Shown here: positions 61,649 to 64,000 of the stretch, piece after piece
Position numbering within the stretch: position 1 is the first letter of the stretch
Layout of the letters: each line of letters opens with the position of its first letter
Source: an uncultured Methanolobus sp.
GTDB lineage: Archaea; Halobacteriota; Methanosarcinia; Methanosarcinales; Methanosarcinaceae
DNA: 64,000 nucleotides
Direction: 5' to 3'
NCBI GenBank assembly: GCA_963675495.1
Contig: OY776215.1
Coordinates: 800,001 to 864,000, forward strand
The notes under the pieces: model-generated
Seen by the model: the letters and a program-made list of their open reading frames with translations, nothing else
Database searches by the model: none
Told to the model about the DNA's origin: nothing
Made by a program: the position numbers and the translations under genes

Positions 61649-61863
61649 TAGATCAAACCCCTTGACCTTTTGAGCTCATCCAGCGTTATTTCCCCACGTC
61701 TTACAGGTTCAAGAAGTTCATTCAACTTTTCTTTTGCGAGCTTATCGATTTTAAGCATCACTTTTTTAGAGGGAGACAAATGGTTTAAAAATTCATCATC
61801 AAAAGTACTATCGTCAATAATAGATTGCTTTAAAGATTTTAATTGTGTATTTATACGAAACAT
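61648..61863 (-). CDS. Small hypothetical protein, translationally coupled to the AbrB-like gene
   Basis: GGAG-ATG at 61863 (alternative GTG at 61893); TAATG overlap with the next gene. Confidence 0.6.
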   Translation of the reverse strand: MFRINTQLKSLKQSIIDDSTFDDEFLNHLSPSKKVMLKIDKLAKEKLNELLEPVRRGEITLDELKRSRGLI

Positions 61864-62155
61864 CTCCAGAGAGTTTCGTAAAAAAGGATGCACAGTTGTG
61901 CACCTTCTGGAGTTTTCTTTTATTCTATTGCGGCTTCTCTTCTTTTTGGCTATCTTTATTATCGGCTTTTTATTCTAGGCTTTATTATTGGCATTTTCTT
62001 TTTGGCTTTTCATTTTGGGATTTTTACCCTTTCTTGTCTTCGCCTTATTTTTTGCCTTTCTTATTTTGCCTTTTTCTCTCGCCTTTCTTATATTAGCCTT
62101 CTATTTTTTGCCTTTGGTTCTTATTCTTCATATCCTTTGAAGATAACCTTTTTTA
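61864..62155 (-). ncRNA. Candidate structured leader, ncRNA or ssDNA element: GGC/GCC ladder plus 3' hairpin
   Basis: Six GGC + GGG / CCC + six GCC at 12-16 nt spacing, A-rich on the minus strand; TATA upstream; hairpin plus T6 downstream. Confidence 0.45.
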
Positions 62156-62178
62156 CAAGAGTACCTTGAACCTATAGA

Positions 62179-62190
62179 TATATAAACTTT
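62179..62190 (-). promoter_or_regulatory. BRE/TATA box for the leader and rep operon
   Basis: Minus strand AAAGTTTATATA. Confidence 0.55.
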
Positions 62191-62246
62191 TCTAATTTTC
62201 ATACGAAGAGTGCTATTATGTCTCGCAAACCGTGCTATTTATCATC

Positions 62247-63419
62247 TTAGATAGTCATATTTCGCAAAGCCTCATTGACCTTTGCGTTAACCAAGTCATC
62301 TAAGTTTGCGTCAAGAATCTTGGATATTGCATCTTCTATTGGTTGTGATTTCTCTTCTATTTCAAGTGCAGTTTTTAGTGTTAACACTGAACCACAATTG
62401 TAGCAGAACATGTTGTTTGGAGTGTTAAGTGTCTTGCACCTGGGGCACTTGTGCACTTTTGACTTATTCTCTTCTTCTTCGATTTCAACACCGTTTGCCC
62501 TCAGTACAGCATCATCGACATCACGTCCGGATAAGTGAACATATACTGATGGAACATCTGAACCTTGTATCCATCCAAAATAGGCATTCATCTGTGCCTC
62601 TGTTAAGTGATTAGCCATAAATGTAGCTCGGCTATGCCTGAATAAGTGAGCGTGAATTCTTTTGTTTACACCTGCATTTTTGGCTATCTTTTTGAGCTGC
62701 TTAGTAATAGCGGCATAACCTATCATGGTAGAAGTGTTAGCTTTATTTCTATCAAAGTTCCACCATAATGGTGCATCTGGATTATCCCTTTCAGGATGCT
62801 GTTCAAGCCAAGACATTAAAAGGCGAACAGAATAAAAAAGAAGTACAGTACGATGTCCTGTCTTACCATCAACCCTTATTTTCATGCCTTCGTCAGCGTG
62901 CATTATATGTTTTATTTTTAAATTACCAATTTCACCAATCCGACAACCAGAATCCCATAAAATAGCTATAATAGCTTGATCCCTTATGCTGCGTGTTGAT
63001 TCAATCATTTTATTGACATCATCTTCTGTTAGCAACTCTTCGGGTAACTTGCGCCCCTTGCTCTTCTTTGTTGCCTTGAAGAATGCAATGATTTCAGGCT
63101 CTTTTCCACCATTCAACCATCGATAAAATTTCTTTAATGTTACTGCATAGTCGTGCCGCGTATCTTCACTTTCTGTTCTATCCCTAACGGCAATAAGCAC
63201 ATCTTCTATGTCAGTCTTTGTTGCTTCATCCAATGGCTTGTCATTCATCATAAGAGCAATTTGCTTCAAGGTGCTAACATATTTCATTTTCCTGAAATCC
63301 GTCATACCTTCAATATCACACTGTCTTACAAACTTCTTTATATGCTGAATATTGGAATCGGATATTTTCCCATCAAGCCCAGAAATCCTTTTTTTGAGAT
63401 TGTGATTGTAAAGTGCCAT
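62247..63419 (-). CDS. int: Tyrosine recombinase/integrase with C-terminal Zn ribbon
   Basis: SGCRIGE (R), DGKTG (K), HLFRHSRAT (HxxR), FGW, SVYVHLS (Y); CPRC..CYNC; adjacent to attR. Confidence 0.93.
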   Translation of the reverse strand: MALYNHNLKKRISGLDGKISDSNIQHIKKFVRQCDIEGMTDFRKMKYVSTLKQIALMMNDKPLDEATKTDIEDVLIAVRDRTESEDTRHDYAVTLKKFYRWLNGGKEPEIIAFFKATKKSKGRKLPEELLTEDDVNKMIESTRSIRDQAIIAILWDSGCRIGEIGNLKIKHIMHADEGMKIRVDGKTGHRTVLLFYSVRLLMSWLEQHPERDNPDAPLWWNFDRNKANTSTMIGYAAITKQLKKIAKNAGVNKRIHAHLFRHSRATFMANHLTEAQMNAYFGWIQGSDVPSVYVHLSGRDVDDAVLRANGVEIEEEENKSKVHKCPRCKTLNTPNNMFCYNCGSVLTLKTALEIEEKSQPIEDAISKILDANLDDLVNAKVNEALRNMTI

Positions 63420-63459
63420 AGTACATAATTGGATTAAGGGCTTATAACCTTTAGGTAAA

Positions 63460-63476
63460 AATCCCTCCAGGGGCTT
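63460..63476 (+). repeat. attR core
   Basis: AATCCCTCCAGGGGCTT duplicates the tRNA-Thr 3' end. Confidence 0.85.
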
Positions 63477-63580
63477 ACTTCTTTTTCGGGTACAAAACTC
63501 TTTAATTCTGATCTTACAATATTTTCACCCATATATTGTAAAATATACATTATCAGGCAGAGCTCATCAGCCTCACGGTT

Positions 63581-63739
63581 TTAATCTTCAGATAAGATCC
63601 ACGTAGCTGCCTCAATAAGATCCATATCAGAACCATTAACTAAGAATTTGTCTTCAGAAACACGTTCAACGAGATAAGATCCAAAAAAGTGCTTCTCACC
63701 AAATGGAAGTTTGTTCAATTCGCTTATTACTTTATCCAT
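63581..63739 (-). CDS. Small hypothetical protein (52 aa), probably leaderless
   Basis: MDKVISELNKLPFGEKHFFGSYLVERVSEDKFLVNGSDMDLIEAATWILSED; TTATAA ~25 nt upstream; below the ORF-track cutoff. Confidence 0.5.
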   Translation of the reverse strand: MDKVISELNKLPFGEKHFFGSYLVERVSEDKFLVNGSDMDLIEAATWILSED

Positions 63740-63846
63740 AAAAGTAATATGTATCAAACTTTATAACTATTCGTATGCCGCTTGTACGATAATTATCTTT
63801 TATTTCAACTGGGACAAACTATACAAAAAACAAGCCATAAATCATA

Positions 63847-63930
63847 TTGCAGACCAAAACTAGTACACACGCTTTAATCATTTACCTAAGAAAAACTAGA
63901 AATAAAACCATGGGCGTCACGAAGCGGCAC
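63847..63930 (+). repeat. 84-bp dispersed repeat, copy B (degenerate hairpin)
   Basis: Shares ACACACGC.TTAATC...TACCTAAG and GGGCG...CGAAGCGGC with 56525-56608. Confidence 0.75.
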
Positions 63931-64000
63931 AACTTTCTGATTGAAGACCAATATAAACATAGCTCAAACAAACATCAATCAGATTCATTCCACCTCTGCC

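Larger units (their letters stand above)
53624..63476 (-). mobile_element. ~9.8 kb integrative element (plasmid- or provirus-like) at tRNA-Thr(CGT)
   Basis: 17-bp direct repeat of the tRNA 3' end at both ends, tyrosine integrase next to attR, all genes on the minus strand, AT-rich cargo. Confidence 0.9.

Noticed and set aside
61845-62169. Hydrophobic + strand ORFs (83 and 93 aa) that look like membrane proteins
   Set aside because: Two overlapping frames are both Phe/Leu-rich and open simply because the strand is T-rich and A-poor. They run antisense to the element, and the GGC/GCC spacing is mostly not codon-phased. Not strictly excluded.
53641-63459. Complete provirus (tailed or pleolipovirus)
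   Set aside because: No recognisable capsid, terminase, portal, membrane-anchored spike, matrix protein or packaging NTPase; called only an integrative element.

Overview
Archaeal chromosome segment, most likely from a methanogen of the family Methanosarcinaceae (inferred from gene content, GGTG/GGAG Shine-Dalgarno motifs, TATA boxes and PGF-pre-PGF surface proteins). Positions 1-53.6 kb are mostly core genome: topA, a beta-CASP nuclease, RIO2, larBC, Trx/TrxR, the DUF39-CBS/NIL-ferredoxin homocysteine pair, two sensor kinases, serA, the rpl18e-rpl13-rps9-rpoN-rpoK-rps2 operon, mvk-ipk-fni-rnj-GGPPS, ppdK, gar1-tfb and trm5. Two accessory regions stand out. (1) 4.8-9.4 kb: a decayed metallophosphoesterase followed by a four-gene cluster (cytidylyltransferase, PLP enzyme, CDP-alcohol phosphotransferase, ATP-grasp ligase), a candidate aminoalcohol-phosphate headgroup or solute pathway. 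(2) 53.6-63.5 kb: a ~9.8 kb element integrated at the 3' end of tRNA-Thr(CGT) and bounded by a 17-bp att repeat. It encodes a Zn-ribbon tyrosine integrase, a Rep-like wHTH protein, an AbrB-like regulator, a three-gene Lamassu/ABC-3C defence system, a possible PC4-like SSB, hairpin clusters and a secreted collagen-containing protein. The most unusual feature is a ~190-nt non-coding stretch in this element: six GGC triplets, GGG-loop-CCC, then six GCC triplets at ~14-nt spacing, with spacers that stay A-rich on one strand. It lies between a TATA box and an attenuator-like hairpin. A degenerate tRNA-Pro(TGG) with an intact bulge-helix-bulge intron sits between rpoN and rpoK. All family assignments come from motif recognition by eye; no searches were run.
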